Shown piece by piece: positions 19,296 through 33,741 of a stretch of DNA of 64,000 nt. The stretch comes from the human T2T-CHM13v2.0 reference genome, Homo sapiens, in NCBI RefSeq assembly GCF_009914755.1, contig NC_060931.1; one strand, 5' to 3'. The notes under the pieces were generated by a model that worked only from the letters and a program-made list of their open reading frames with translations, had not been told where the DNA came from and ran no database searches. The first letter of the stretch is position 1, and every line of letters starts with the position of its first letter. Both the position numbers and the translations under genes were made by a program.

Positions 19296-20169
19296 TGATA
19301 TCTTCCACTTTGACCCTGACTTAACTTTGCTTCCACAGTGATCATATGAGGCGGGTATTATTCCTACTGTGCAGATAGGAAGCCAGGGATCAGAGGTAGA
19401 ACGTCTTGACCACAGTTATGGTAACAAATGGCAGGGCAGGGATTTGAACTAAGGTCTGACAAACAGCAAAGCCTATGATTTTTAAAACATGATGTGTTAT
19501 ACATACTAAGGTATAAAATATATATGAATGGTTCAAAGGATAAGAATAAAGACGCATGTTATCCACCACCCAACTTAAAACTTAAGGAATGCTGTAAGAA
19601 ACATCAATACCTTTGGAATCCTATTTGAACTTGTATGTGCCCTGATTCTATCTCCCTTACTCCCTGCCTTCTACCCCAAGAGACACAGAATTCAAGAGCG
19701 TGGTTGTTGTGTCTTATTTTATTTTTATTTTTTAAAGACAAAACATAAAAGCCTGTTGCCCAGGCTAGAGTGCAGTGGTGCGATCATAGCTCACTGCAGC
19801 CTCCCACTCCTGGGCTCAAGTGATCCTCCCTGCCTCAGCCTCCTGAGTAGCTGGGACAACGGGCACACACCACTAGGCTCTGCTAACTTTTAAACTTTTT
19901 TGTAGAGTCAGAGTCTTGCTTTGTAGCCCAGGCTGTATCAAACTCCTGGCCTCAAGTGATCCTCCCGCTTCGGCCTCCCAAAGTGCTGGGATTTTCAGAC
20001 ATGTGCCACTATGCCTGGCCTGTCTTATTATTATTATTTTTTAACTCCACATAGATGCATCCCTATTAAGTTTGAATGTTTGAGTCTTTATATAAAAGGA
20101 ATCCTACTGTATATATTTTTCCATGACTTGATTTTTCACTCAACATTCTATGTGTGAGATTCATCCTAA

Positions 20170-20485
20170 TACCTAGTAATTCTGATTCTATGTATATACT
20201 CTAGAGAAACTGACATGTGTGCATATATGATCATAGGGGCAAATTAATAACAACCCAAACTGGAAATAACCCAAGTGTCCATCACCAAGAGAACAGACGG
20301 ATGAATTAAGCGATATTCACACAATAGATAATGAGAGAGCAGTGAAAATGAATTTATCTTCTTGGATTAATCTCACAGAATGTGGAGTGAAAAAGCCAGT
20401 TGTAGAAGAATATATACAGTAGGACTCCATTTACCTGTAGTCTATATCATGTGAAACTAACTCTATTATTTAGGGAGGCAAAGAT
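20170..20485 (+). mobile_element. L1M 3' fragment
   Basis: aactggaaataacccaagtgtccatca ... tattcacacaat ... gagtgaaaaagccag L1 3' motifs. Confidence 0.7.
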
Positions 20486-20489
20486 GTAG

Positions 20490-20827
<338 letters not shown>

Positions 20828-21121
20828 TGATCTTTTTATTTTTTCTTTTTAGAGACAGGGTCTTACTCTCTCACCCAGGCTGGAGTACAGTGGTTCACTG
20901 CAGGTGAACCACTCTGCAGAGTACACTCTGCAATTCACTGCAGAGTACACGGTTCACTGCAGTCTTGAGCTCCCAGGCTTAGGTGATCCTCCTGCCTCAG
21001 CCTCCTGAGTAGCTGGGACCAAAAGTGCTCACCATCACACCCGGCCAATTTTTAAATTTGTTGTAGAGACAGGGCGCCACTAAGTTGCCCAGGCTGGTCT
21101 CAAATTCCTGGCCTCAATTGA

Positions 21122-21325
<204 letters not shown>

Positions 21326-21677
21326 TAAGTAGCTGGGATTACAGGCGCCTACCATCACGCCTGGCTAATTTTTTGTATTTTTAGTAGAGATGGGGTTTTG
21401 CCATGTTGGCCAGGCTGGTCTAGAACTCCTGACCTCAGGTGATCCACCTGCCTCGGCCTCCCAAAATGTTGGGATTACAGGCGTGAGCCACCGTGCCTGG
21501 CCCTATCCTTGTATCTTAACCAATATATTCCAATTCATAACACTGGGGAAAAAATGAAAAAAAACTGTACTGCATAGAAATGGTTTTCTTATTTTTCTTT
21601 TCCATAGAGTCCATGTCTTCTCTGTCCCTATATATACTTAACCCAATTTCTGGTATACAGGACATATTTATTTATAG

Positions 21678-21829
<152 letters not shown>

Positions 21830-22764
21830 TAAAAAAAAAATTTTATTTTGTAGAGACAGGGTCTCACTATGTTGCCTAGGCTGATATTGAACTCCTGGCC
21901 TCAAGTGATCCTCCTGCCTCGGCCTCCCAAAGTGCAGGGATTACAGGTGTGAGCCACCATGCTCGGCACTACATCTTTAGTAAATGAATGAACACAGTGT
22001 TATTTCCATTTTGGGTATTACCTGCCCACCTAGATAAAAATCCTCAGAGACAGGGGAGCTGCCTATACTTCTTTGATATTGCCTAGTGTAATGATGACAA
22101 CATAGTAGATTCTCAGCTAACAGCCAGTGAATTAAATATAGCTGGAAAGTCCTTCAGGAGGTTTTTCCTTTTTAAATTTTTTTTTTTTTAATTTTTAAAG
22201 AGACAGGGTCTCATTTTGTTGCCTAGGCCTGTCTCAAACTTCTGGGATCAAGTGATCCTTTTTTTTTTCGAGATAGATCTCACTCTTATGCCCAGGCTGG
22301 AGTGCAATGGCATGATCTCGGTGCACTGCAACCTCCACCTCCTGGGTTCAAGCAATTCTCTTGACTCCACCTCCCAGTACCTGGGATTATAGGCATGCAC
22401 CACTATGCTGGGTTGATTTTTGTATTTTTAGTAGAGACAGGGTTTCACCCTGTTGGCCAGGCTGGTCTCTAGCTCTTGACCTCAAGTGATCTGCCCACCT
22501 CAGCCTCCCAAAGTGCTGGGATTACAGGCGTGAGCCATCCCGTCTAGCCTCAAGTGATCCTCCTGACTCGGCCTCCCAAAGTGCTGGGATTACACGCATA
22601 AATCACTGCACCCGGCCAGATTTTCCAATTTTAACAATCTCTTTCTAGAATCAAGTTCTAAGTGCAGAAAGAACTAGCTCAGAACATCACCGATTCCCTG
22701 GCCATTCACCAGCACGCACACCCAGAAGAATAACAATGCTCCTCAATGATACTACTCCAAGTAC

Positions 22765-22901
22765 CTCGCCGATGGCCTTGATCTTGCTCAGGCAGTTCCT
22801 CATGGCTGTGCTGTCGGCATTCTCAAGGCTTCCCTCTTCCTCCAGGGAGGCCAGGTAGGCGAGGGTTTCCCTGCCATACTGCTTACAGGCCTCGGTCAGT
22901 G
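22765..22901 (-). CDS. HIP1: HIP1 exon 22 (LTEACKQYG...KIKAIGE)
   Basis: 137 nt; ccag|CA ... GAG|gtactt. Confidence 0.96.
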
Positions 22902-22936
22902 CTGGAGATACAAGGCAATAGACACTTTTTTTTTGA

Positions 22937-23152
<216 letters not shown>

Positions 23153-23424
23153 TGATCTGCCCACCTCGTCCTCCCAAAGTGTTACGGCGATTACAGGCGT
23201 GAACCATTGCATCTGGCCCATCGTTTTTGTATCTTTAGTAGAGATGGGGTTTTGCCATGTTGGCCAGGCTGTTCTTGAACTCCCGACCTCAAGTGATCTG
23301 CCCGCCTCAGCCTCCCAAAGTGCTGGAGTTACAGGCATGAGCCACTGCGCCCGGCCCAACAGAGACTTTTAAAGGCCCCCTGCTCCCCTGGTCCATGAAC
23401 AGCCCCTCATGCCCCAGTACTCAC

Positions 23425-23532
23425 AGTCGGCAGGCTCAGGTGGGGCTCTGAGGCAGGTGGTGGCACCATGAGCAATGGCGTCGCTGGTCAAGTGGGCCAG
23501 CAGGGTTATGGAATGGAGAAGTCCACTGATGT
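23425..23532 (-). CDS. HIP1: HIP1 exon 21 (ISGLLHS...PPEPAD)
   Basis: 108 nt; gcag|AC ... T|gtgagt. Confidence 0.96.
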
Positions 23533-23604
23533 CTGCCAGGATTGGAAAGAGAAGTTTCTCAGGTCTGGTTGATGGTGACACTTTCATACCCTCTCCTCCC
23601 GTTT

Positions 23605-23656
23605 TATGAGTTGCCTACATGCCTTTCTTGTATGAGTTGCCTACATGCCTTTCTTG
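23605..23656. repeat. Perfect 26-bp tandem duplication (tatgagttgcctacatgcctttcttg x2)
   Basis: Read directly. Confidence 0.93.
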
Positions 23657-23751
23657 ATGCAGAGGGACCTGTCACTATCCCCGCATTCAGGTGCTTCTGA
23701 ACCCTGTCTGGCCATCACTAGCCGACAGAGACTGTCCTTGGCCATTCTTAC

Positions 23752-23838
23752 CTTCTGGGCAGGCCAGATACTGGCTCCAGCTTTTCTCCAGTTGCTCGAT
23801 GCAGCTGGAAATGGATGTGACCGTGGAGAGGAGGTGAT
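23752..23838 (-). CDS. HIP1: HIP1 exon 20 (HLLSTVTSISSCIEQLEKSWSQYLACPE)
   Basis: 87 nt; acag|AT ... G|gtaaga. Confidence 0.96.
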
Positions 23839-24222
23839 CTGTGAGAGGGAACACAGGGCAAGGTCAGAGCAAGTTCTCATAGCTGGCTTCATCCTCGTTA
23901 ATTAAGCACTGAATGGAGGAGCTTACCTAGTGGGTAAGCTTCCTGCCTAGACGTGAAGTTCATGAGTAATCACCTCTTGATTCAGACCATAGTTTTTTCC
24001 TTAGAGAAACAGAATTGTCTGCTCCTGGTGGGTGTTTTATCAGTGTGACCCACTGTCTAAAGCAGTAGCTATCACACCTGGGGGCTTTAGAAAATACTAC
24101 TGCTGGGCCTGGCGTGGTGTCTCATGCCTGTAATTCCAGCACTTTGAGAGGCCAAGGTGGGAGTTCAGAAGTTTGGGACCATCCTGGGCAATAGAGTGAG
24201 ACCTCGTCTCTACCAAAAATTA

Positions 24223-24531
<309 letters not shown>

Positions 24532-24732
24532 CTAAAATACTAGTGTATAGGCACTAATGCACAGAGTTTCCACATGTAACTGATCTAGGATGGGGCCTGG
24601 GCGCCCCTAAGGTAATGCTGACATGCTGCTGGGCTGAGAGCCCCTGAGCTAAGTCTCACATGAGATTCAACATCAACAGAGTCTCAGGCTGTAAGGACCT
24701 GGCCCCTGCCAGCTGGGCAATTGCAAGTGTAC

Positions 24733-24868
24733 CTGCAGACCCAGCGCAGCTGATGAGAGGAGGTTCTTCAAGCTGGTTCAGGGCGTCTTGTATCACCTGC
24801 TCCGCAGCCTTCCTGGACCCCACCAGAAGCATTTTTCGTTGGTCTTTGGCAAGCTGGCACATAGATTC
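24733..24868 (-). CDS. HIP1: HIP1 exon 19 (ESMCQLAK...SCAGSA)
   Basis: 136 nt; ttag|GAA ... G|gtacac. Confidence 0.95.
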
Positions 24869-25343
24869 CTAAAAATGGTCCAGGGAGGTGAGAGTCTGCC
24901 CTAGACTCCATAATGAACCTGAGCAGGATGACCTGGCTGGGGCTCTTAGCATCTTAGCTCAAGTCATGGCCAATGAGGTCCAAGCCAGTAAGCCTGAGAC
25001 AGAGAAAGGCGCTTTAACTGTGTGCACAGGATGTGCGGCTGCCCACGATGTGCGGCTGCCCACAGAGGCTGTGGGGATGGATCACTGCGCCCGCTTCTCA
25101 TGGCTGGGAGGAGATGCCAAACTTCTCTTCTCATACAAAAAAAGACAGCAGTTTGCTTTCCCTCATGGACTCTGCAGGCAATGCAGGGCCTGCTGGCATT
25201 ACACCTACAGAATGTCTGCACAATCAGGCCAAGGCCCCAAACCCCTTCTCAGCAGCCCCGGGGTCCTCCCAGCCTCCGTGCATGCGCAGAGGCCCTCGGT
25301 GGGAATTCACAGGTGCTCGCTCGTGTCCATGTCCGTGACTTGC
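24869..25343 (-). other. GC-AG intron 18
   Basis: GAG|GCAAGT donor is required to join ...ASTE to ESMC... in frame. Confidence 0.9.
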
Positions 25344-25487
25344 CTCTGTGCTGGCCAGTTTGAGCTGAGTGTCCTGCAGTTCTTTCCGAAGAGCAGATAA
25401 TTCCTCCTCCCTATGAGCTGCGCCACTCACCAGGCTGTCCCGCTCCTTCTCTAGCTCGGCGAACTCGGCTGCCCAGTTTGCTTCTGA
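25344..25487 (-). CDS. HIP1: HIP1 exon 18 (SEANWAAEF...KLASTE)
   Basis: 144 nt; gcag|TCA ... GAG|gcaagt (GC donor). Confidence 0.93.
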
Positions 25488-26027
25488 CTGCAAAGGTGAC
25501 CACAAGGAAAGAGGGAGACGCTGGTTGAGTTAAACAGTCCCTACTTCCCAGAGGTCCAACCCACCACCGGGTTGCAAGGACTGGGAAGGTGATGGCTCTT
25601 TAACCTGCCACTCTGATTCCCTCCCGGGGACACACTGATTGCAGTGGGGGCTGACTTGGCCAGGCCAAGGATGGTGGATGACAGCAACGCCAAAGCCAGG
25701 GGTGGGGCAAGAAAGGAGGCCGGGCATGAAGGCTCATGTCTGTAATCCCAGCACTTTAGGAGGCTGAGGTGGGAGGATCACTTGAGCCCTGGAGTTCGAG
25801 ACCAGCCTGGGCAACATAGTGAAACCCCGTCTCTACCAAAGAAAATACAAAAACTAGCCAGGTGTAGGGGTGTGTGCCTGTAGTCCCAGTTACTCGGGGG
25901 GCTAAGTGGGGAGGATCACCTGAGCCCAGGGAGGTGGAGGCTGCAGTGAGCTGCGATCGCACCACTGCATTCCAACCTGAGTGACAGAAGAAGACTCTGT
26001 CTCCAAAAAAAAAAAGGAGGTATTTAC

Positions 26028-26129
26028 CTGGGCAGAAGTTTCCAGGCTGCCTTGCAGAACCTGAAGCTCCCGTTGGCTTGTGGCAAGTTCCTGCTTCAAG
26101 CTCTCTAGAACTTCCAGCTGTTCTTGAGT
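26028..26129 (-). CDS. HIP1: HIP1 exon 17 (TQEQLEVLES...LETSAQ)
   Basis: 102 nt; tcag|ACT ... CAG|gtaaat. Confidence 0.96.
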
Positions 26130-26336
26130 CTGAAAGAGAAGAAAAACAGAGGGACTCTGATCTGGGTGACAGTGACAAAGAATATAAAAATGTAAAAACG
26201 TCCCAAGCGATCAACAAGAGATCTGTAAACTCTACTGTATGTAAGTTACACCCCCCCAAAAAAGTGCAGGGTGTGGGAGGAGGAGGCAAGACCCCAGAGT
26301 GTACTGAAAATGTGGAATGTCAAGGAAGGATTTTTT

Positions 26337-26372
<36 letters not shown>

Positions 26373-26379
26373 TTTTTGA

Positions 26380-26595
<216 letters not shown>

Positions 26596-26975
26596 TGATC
26601 CGCACCCCCCTCAGCCTCCCAAAGTCCTGGGATTACTGCCGTCTCAAAAAACAAACAAACAAAAAAAACAAAAAAAACAAAACGCTCATCCCTCTCTCTC
26701 TGCCACCCATGTGTTTTCCTTTCCTCAAACTCTCCACCAGCCTCATCCTTGGAAAGCCTTTGTTGATTAACCCCAGGCAACTTGGGTCCTTCCATTACTT
26801 CGTGTATGCACTGGTGACGGTGTTTTGCTGTTCTGTGTGGCCACCATGGTGTGCTCCCTGCTGTGTGATGCCAACCGACCCACAGAACTGCCCATGGAGC
26901 AGAAGGCCACAAAGCCCCCGCCACCAACTCAACAGCCCCCTCCCTCATTTCCCGAGTGCTCCTCGTCCCACTCAC

Positions 26976-27092
26976 CTTCCGCTGGCCCTGGTCACTGATG
27001 CGCTCCAACGAATCCTCCAGCTCTTTTTTCTCTCGTTCCAAATCTACCTGGGCTTGTCTGGCCATGGACACCTGTTTGGTCACCTCTGCATT
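26976..27092 (-). CDS. HIP1: HIP1 exon 16 (NAEVTKQ...VDLE...GQRK)
   Basis: 117 nt; gcag|AAT ... AAG|gtgagt. Confidence 0.96.
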
Positions 27093-27488
27093 CTGCAAAA
27101 GAAGAACAGTGTCTTGAACCAGGAGATCCCAGGCTTAGAGGACATCCTCCTTCTAGGACAATCATACTCAGGCTGTGCGTGCCCTAGAGTCAGACACAGG
27201 AATCACTTTCCTACCCACAGCCGGAACAGAGCCATCACCTTCAGATGCTTGATGCTCAAATATTTACAAAATAATAAAGAAGGTGGGTGACCTACATGGG
27301 ATTGGCACCCAGGACACAGCCCAAGACACAGAGGCAAGGAAGCCTGAAAAGGTGTGGTTCCCGAGATGACGGCAATGCCTTAGAGATCAATGTAGGGGTT
27401 GCTGGCCCCGGGGAAGCCACAGGCCTGAGCCGCTCTCTCCCTAGAGGTGCAGGGCCTGCAGGATGGTGACAGGGGCTGAGGGTCTTAC

Positions 27489-27577
27489 CTTCCGCAGCAG
27501 GTCAGCGTGGTTCTGAACCAGCTCGCTGTACTTCTCCTTTAGCTTGCTATATCGCTGTTCATTGGCTTGAGCTTTCC
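27489..27577 (-). CDS. HIP1: HIP1 exon 15 (KAQANEQRY...HADLLRK)
   Basis: 89 nt; acag|GG ... AAG|gtaaga. Confidence 0.96.
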
Positions 27578-28051
27578 CTGTATTGTAAAGGACCAAGGTG
27601 AGGAGTCTAACCTAGCAGGGACCCTTGCCTTCCTTGCAATGAGCCAGGGTCCCTAGAAGGTCCTCCTTGTTTTGTTTTGAGACAGTCTTGCTCTGTCACC
27701 CAGGCTGGGGTGCAGTGGCACAATCACTGTTCACTGCAGCCTTGACCTCCTTGGGCTCAAGTCATCCTCCCACCCCAGTCTCCTGAGTAGCTGGGTTCAT
27801 GGGCACACGCCACCACACCCGGCTAATTTTTGTAGAGACAGGGTCTCACTATGTTTTCCAGGCTGGTTTCAAACTCCTGGGCTCAGGTGATCCTCCCATC
27901 TCAGTGGGATTATAGGCATGAGCCACTGTGCCCGGCCAAAGATCTTCCTTTGATTTAGGAATGCATATATGCTTTTCTCCCTTGAAAGTCCTACTTACAG
28001 AAACTTCTCCAGGAAGTCATCTTTAAAAAGAATTCAACTAGTTAAAAATCA

Positions 28052-28376
<325 letters not shown>

Positions 28377-29053
28377 TCATGCCTCTTCAGCACTTACATA
28401 CATGGCATTTATTCTATGGGGGCTTTCAGCTTTTTAACAAATTTATTTGAAATTTTTTAGAGACAAGGCTCTCTGTTGCAGAGGCCGGAGTGCAGTGGTG
28501 CAATCAGCTCACTGCAGCCTTGAATTCCTGGGCTCAAGCGATCCTCCTGTCTCAGCCTCAAGAGTAGCTGGGACTACAGGCACGTGCCACCATGCCCGGC
28601 TAGTCTTTTTTATTTTTTCTAGAGATGGGGTCTTGCTATGTTGCCCGGGTTGGTCTTGAACTCCTGGCCTCAAGCAGTCCTTCCATCCTGGCCTCCCAGA
28701 GTGCTAGGATTACAGGCATGTGCCACTGTGCCCTCAGCTTTTATGTCAATTTCTTTGTTAGGACCTCAATCCTCTCTCCTTCTCCCTTAGTATCCACTGC
28801 CCAGGGCAAGCACTTCAGTGCTGTCTTCTGTATTTCCCATCTCTGTGCTCAGCGGTGCCTCGCACACAGCTTTGTGCCTGCAGGACTCAAACCCGCCCTC
28901 TGGACTGAGGCTAAGAGCTGGCATTCCTAGCTGTTTCTAGAAAGACAGTCTGGGTCTCCCCCACCCAGCCTCTGTGCCGCATCCTGAGTCCAGCTGGGCT
29001 CTGCTGCCCGCGCCTGCCCCCGGGGCCCGCCCCCGCCCCCACCCACCGCTCAC

Positions 29054-29237
29054 TTTCTATCTCAGACAGGCTCCGCTGAGCCTTCTCGGTGTCCTCCCGC
29101 TGCCTCCTGAGCTCGTCCAGTTCTGCCCGCAGGAATTCACAGTCGTCGGCCGCCTGCTGCCGCAGGTGCTGCTGCTCGGCCAGATCTGCTTCCAGCTCGC
29201 TGACGTGGCCCTTCAGCTGCAGCACAACCCGCTGGCT
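29054..29237 (-). CDS. HIP1: HIP1 exon 14 (SQRVVLQL...SLSEIE; coiled coil)
   Basis: 184 nt; acag|AGC ... A|gtgagc; overlaps ORF 28911..29318. Confidence 0.96.
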
Positions 29238-30270
29238 CTGTGGGGGGACTCCGGTCATGAGGCCAACCGCCCACTGCCACGGGTCACGGGCATGGGCCGG
29301 AGAAGCGGGTCCTACCATGCTTCCAAGTAAATACCTGATTCCCCTAAGTCAACTCTCCACGTCCCAGGAGGGTTGGACCATCTGGTCATTAGGAGCCCCT
29401 CAATCAACAACAATAACAGGGGATGATGGCCGGGGAATTGTGGTCCTCTTTAGAGTGGCTGGGGGTAGCAGTGGCTGTCCCTGTGGGTAAAGTCACCTGA
29501 CCAGCCACTGTGAGGGGCGGTTGTTAATATAGCACCAACATTGCTCACAGCTGTCTCTTCTCTTTTTTTTTTGGCGGTTGGGGGAGGGGAGGGACAGGGT
29601 ATCACTATCACCTAGACTGGAGTGCAGTGAGGTGATTATGGCTCACTGCAGCCTCAACCTCCTAGGCTCAAGAGATCCTCTAGCTTCAGCCTCCCAAGTA
29701 GCTGGCATTACAGGTATGCACCACCATGCCCAGCTAATTTTTAAAAAGTTTTTTGTAGAGATGGGGTCTTGCTATGTTGCCCAAGCTAGTCTTGAACTGC
29801 TGGGCTCAAGTGATCCTTCTGCCTGAGCCTTCCAAAGTGCTGGGGTTACAGGCGTGAGCCACTGTGCCCGGCAAACCAATCTCTCCTTATCGCCATGTGA
29901 GAAGGTCTGGTCTTGTTCTCCACAGCTTCTCAGCCTCGTGGGGACCAAGGTCATCTCTGGGTATCAATCACATGGATACTGTGCCTGGCCTAAATGCTGT
30001 CCTCATGGCATGTAAAATGGAAATGCATTATGACAGAGAACACGGGAAGACCTGGTTCTTTTGGATTTAGCATTTCTACCAGTTTTTATTTGGTTTTAGA
30101 GACACAGGTCTCGCTATGTTGCCCAGGCTGGATTCAAAACTCCTGGGCTTGAGTGATCCTCCTACCTCAGCCTCCTGAGTAGCTGGGATCACAGGTGCAC
30201 ACCACCACGCCTGGCTTGTTTCTACTAATTAACCTACCCTAAGGATGTGGTCCAAAAACTGTCTAGGTGA

Positions 30271-30513
<243 letters not shown>

Positions 30514-30651
30514 TAATCCTCCTGCCTTGGCCTCCCAAAGTGCTAGGATTACAGGTGTGAGCCACTGTGCCTGGCTAGTGTGATGCAAATTTAACATTCA
30601 AATCTACCGTGTTTTGGTGAAGCGCAAAGGCAGAGCAGATCCAAGTTATAC

Positions 30652-30724
30652 CTCAGTCTTCATGTTTTCTAGCTGTGCCTTCAATCCACTGATCTCTCTG
30701 TATAGTCGCTCAATTAAGTGGTCC
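30652..30724 (-). CDS. HIP1: HIP1 exon 13 (DHLIERLYREISGLKAQLENMKTE)
   Basis: 73 nt; ccag|G ... GAG|gtataa. Confidence 0.95.
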
Positions 30725-31395
30725 CTGGGAAGAGAAGGGGAATGAGTTTGCTTTCATAGTGCTTCTATCCCTCTGTTTTTAATTGTGAGCTCAGGGGAGG
30801 AAATTAAAAGCTGGTATTAATTTGGGGACAATTCTTTGAAATGCCATAAATTATACTCTAAATGTTACCAGATACTAATCTAATACTCATAAATCCATGG
30901 TTATTGATTTTCTTCTGAGATTAAAGGGGCCAATATTTGAGGGTCAAGACATTCCTTTTTTGTGTGTGTTTTCGGTTTTGTTTTAGAGACAGTCTGGCTT
31001 TGTCGCCCAGGCTGAAGTGTAGTGGCACGATCATAGCTCACTGCAGCCTTGATATCCCAGGCTCAAATGATCTTCCCACTTCAGCCTCCTGAGTTACTGG
31101 GACTACAGGTGTGTACCACCTGCCCAGCTAATTTTTTTACTTTTATTTAATAAAGATGGGATCTTGCTATGTTGCCCAAGCTTGGTCTTAAACTCCTGGC
31201 CTTAAAAAATCCTCCTACCTCATCCTCCCCACATGTTGGGATTACAGGCATAAGCCATTGCCCCCAACCCTTCAAGATGTTCTGTATCTAAGAAGCCCCA
31301 GTATCATTAAGAATTCCTCTTTGGTTAGTGTTTTGAGGCAGACCATGGCTTAACTTAGCTCCTGAACCATCTGCTTGAACCCAGCTTGGACTCAC

Positions 31396-31493
31396 TTCTC
31401 ATCCTTGTTCACACCATTTTGACTGTTGAAATTGAAGGGATCACTGCTGAATGAACTGCCAAAGATGTCATCAAACTTGTTGTCAAATAAATT
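31396..31493 (-). CDS. HIP1: HIP1 exon 12 (NLFDNKFDDIFGSSFSSDPFNF...; AP2-binding FxDxF/DPF motifs)
   Basis: 98 nt; acag|AAT ... AA|gtgagt. Confidence 0.96.
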
Positions 31494-31814
31494 CTGTGGT
31501 TGACCAAAAAGGAGTGAGAATAAGTCAGAGAGCCAGAGAATTCTGTGTGTGGGTCAGTTGAGTGATATGGGAGAATGCCCCCTTTCTCGAATTAAACGGT
31601 TCAGACCTGTTTAATTTTTTAAATTTTTTTGAGACAGGTTCTCGCTCTACTGCCCAGGCTAGAGTACAGTGGTGCAATCATAGCTCACTGCAGCCTCCAA
31701 CTCCTGGCTCAAGTGATCCTCCTGTTTCAGCCTCCTGAGTAGCTGGAAGTATAGGTGTGTGCCACCATACCTGGATAATTTTTTTATTTTAATTTTATGT
31801 ATTTATATTTTTAG

Positions 31815-31967
<153 letters not shown>

Positions 31968-32257
31968 TAAAGATGGGGCCTTACTATGTTGCCCAGGCTG
32001 GTCTTGAACTGGCCTCAAGCAGTCTTCCCACCTTGGCCTTGCAAAGTGTTGGGATTACAGCTGTGAGCCACTGCACCCATTTATGACCCTTCTGGGAGCC
32101 ACAGAGCAGGATGCTCAGCCTAGGTTGGTGCTAGGTGAATGAAGAGAAGCCTGAACCTGGTTAGAGTCAATGGGCTTTGGCCAGGGTCTCCCCCAGCCTC
32201 TCCCCTGTACTTGCAGGTGAGAGGAAAGGCCAAGTTTCTCTCCCAAGTGGTCCTCAC

Positions 32258-32398
32258 CTGCTGAGAGGCATCCATGTCCATGAGGTCATCCTTCTCTAGG
32301 ACTGGCTCGCTGTCGGGGGATGAGGCCTCTGCAGGGATCACCACCACAGGGCTGATATGTTCTGACAGGGCTGAGGCTCGCAGGAAGTTGGGTGGGTT
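32258..32398 (-). CDS. HIP1: HIP1 exon 11 (NPPNFL...LMDMDASQQ; clathrin box LMDMD)
   Basis: 141 nt; tcag|AAC ... CAG|gtgagg; overlaps ORF 32120..32422. Confidence 0.96.
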
Positions 32399-32510
32399 CT
32401 GAAGACGGAGACACATCCTCAAATAGTGCTTGCTTGCCAGGCCCCGCCGGCCCTTAAGAGAGTACCTGGGGCCTCTGCAGTGCCGAGGGTGTGTGGTTGG
32501 GCATGCTTAC

Positions 32511-32586
32511 CTCAGGCAGCTGGGGGATCTGAATGAGCCGCTTGAAGTACTGCAGGTTGCTGGAGCGGTAGAACAGATCTTTCAAC
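32511..32586 (-). CDS. HIP1: HIP1 exon 10 (LKDLFYRSSNLQYFKRLIQIPQLPE)
   Basis: 76 nt; ctag|G ... GAG|gtaagc. Confidence 0.96.
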
Positions 32587-33636
32587 CTAGGGGTGGAGAA
32601 GGACCTGAGGGGTGCTGGGTGTCTTCATCAGCCCCATGTAGGGGACAGAGCAGCCACCTGGCTTTCCTGCCCCCTCCCCAGCCCAAAGGCACAGGCTGTC
32701 AAGGAGATAAACTCCATGGTGCTGGGATTCAATTATGATGCTGCAGAGGATTATTTAAAGCTGGTCCTCAGTGACCTGCTGGTGAGGAAAGAGTAATTCA
32801 TGCTACAAATCCTTTGGAAGAGTAGATAATCAAAAAGCTAATTTCTTCATTGCTGTAGAACACATGTTGTTATTTTGCAGATTTAACTTCCGAGGAGTGT
32901 TTGGTTTAGAGTAACATTAAAAGAAATTGACTTTCTCTGAGGATAAGCCATCTAACCATAGGAAAAGGGAAGGGAATTTTACTACAAAGGTAGCTCTCTT
33001 CTTTCATTACTTCTCTTTGTTTTTGGACTATTTGTTCTCTCCACAATTAAGACTATAAGTTCCTGGGAAGTGGGGACTGAGCTCCGCTGAGCTGTTTCCC
33101 ATAATGCCAGGGACAGGGCAGCCGTTCAATAAACACTTGGAGAATTACAATCGTTTGGTACTATGTCCTAATCTTGGGTGGATATGCACATGAAGAAACC
33201 AATATTTTTTTTCTCTCTCTCTCTCTTTTTGTAGAGGCAGGGTCTTGCTCTGTCACCCAGGCTAGAGTGCAGTGGTGCAATCAGAGCTCATTGCAGCCTT
33301 GAATTCCTGGGCTCAAGCAGTCTTCTGCCTCAGCCTCCTGAGTAGCTAGAATTACAGGGATGCACCACCATGCCTGGCTAATTTTTAATTTTTTGGTAGA
33401 AACAGGCTCTTGCTGTGTTGCCCAGGCTGGTCTCAAACTCCTGGCTTCAAGCAATCCTACTGCCTTGGCCTCCCAAAGTGCTGGGATTACAGGCATGAGC
33501 CACCACATCTGGCAAAATCAACATCTTTTTCTCATTCTCAAATCTCTATTTTGAATCTAAACACTGAAGACCAAGAAACCTGAGAGAATCCAGACTTATA
33601 TATTCTTCATTTTTATTTTGTTTGTTTATTTTTTGA

Positions 33637-33741
<105 letters not shown>

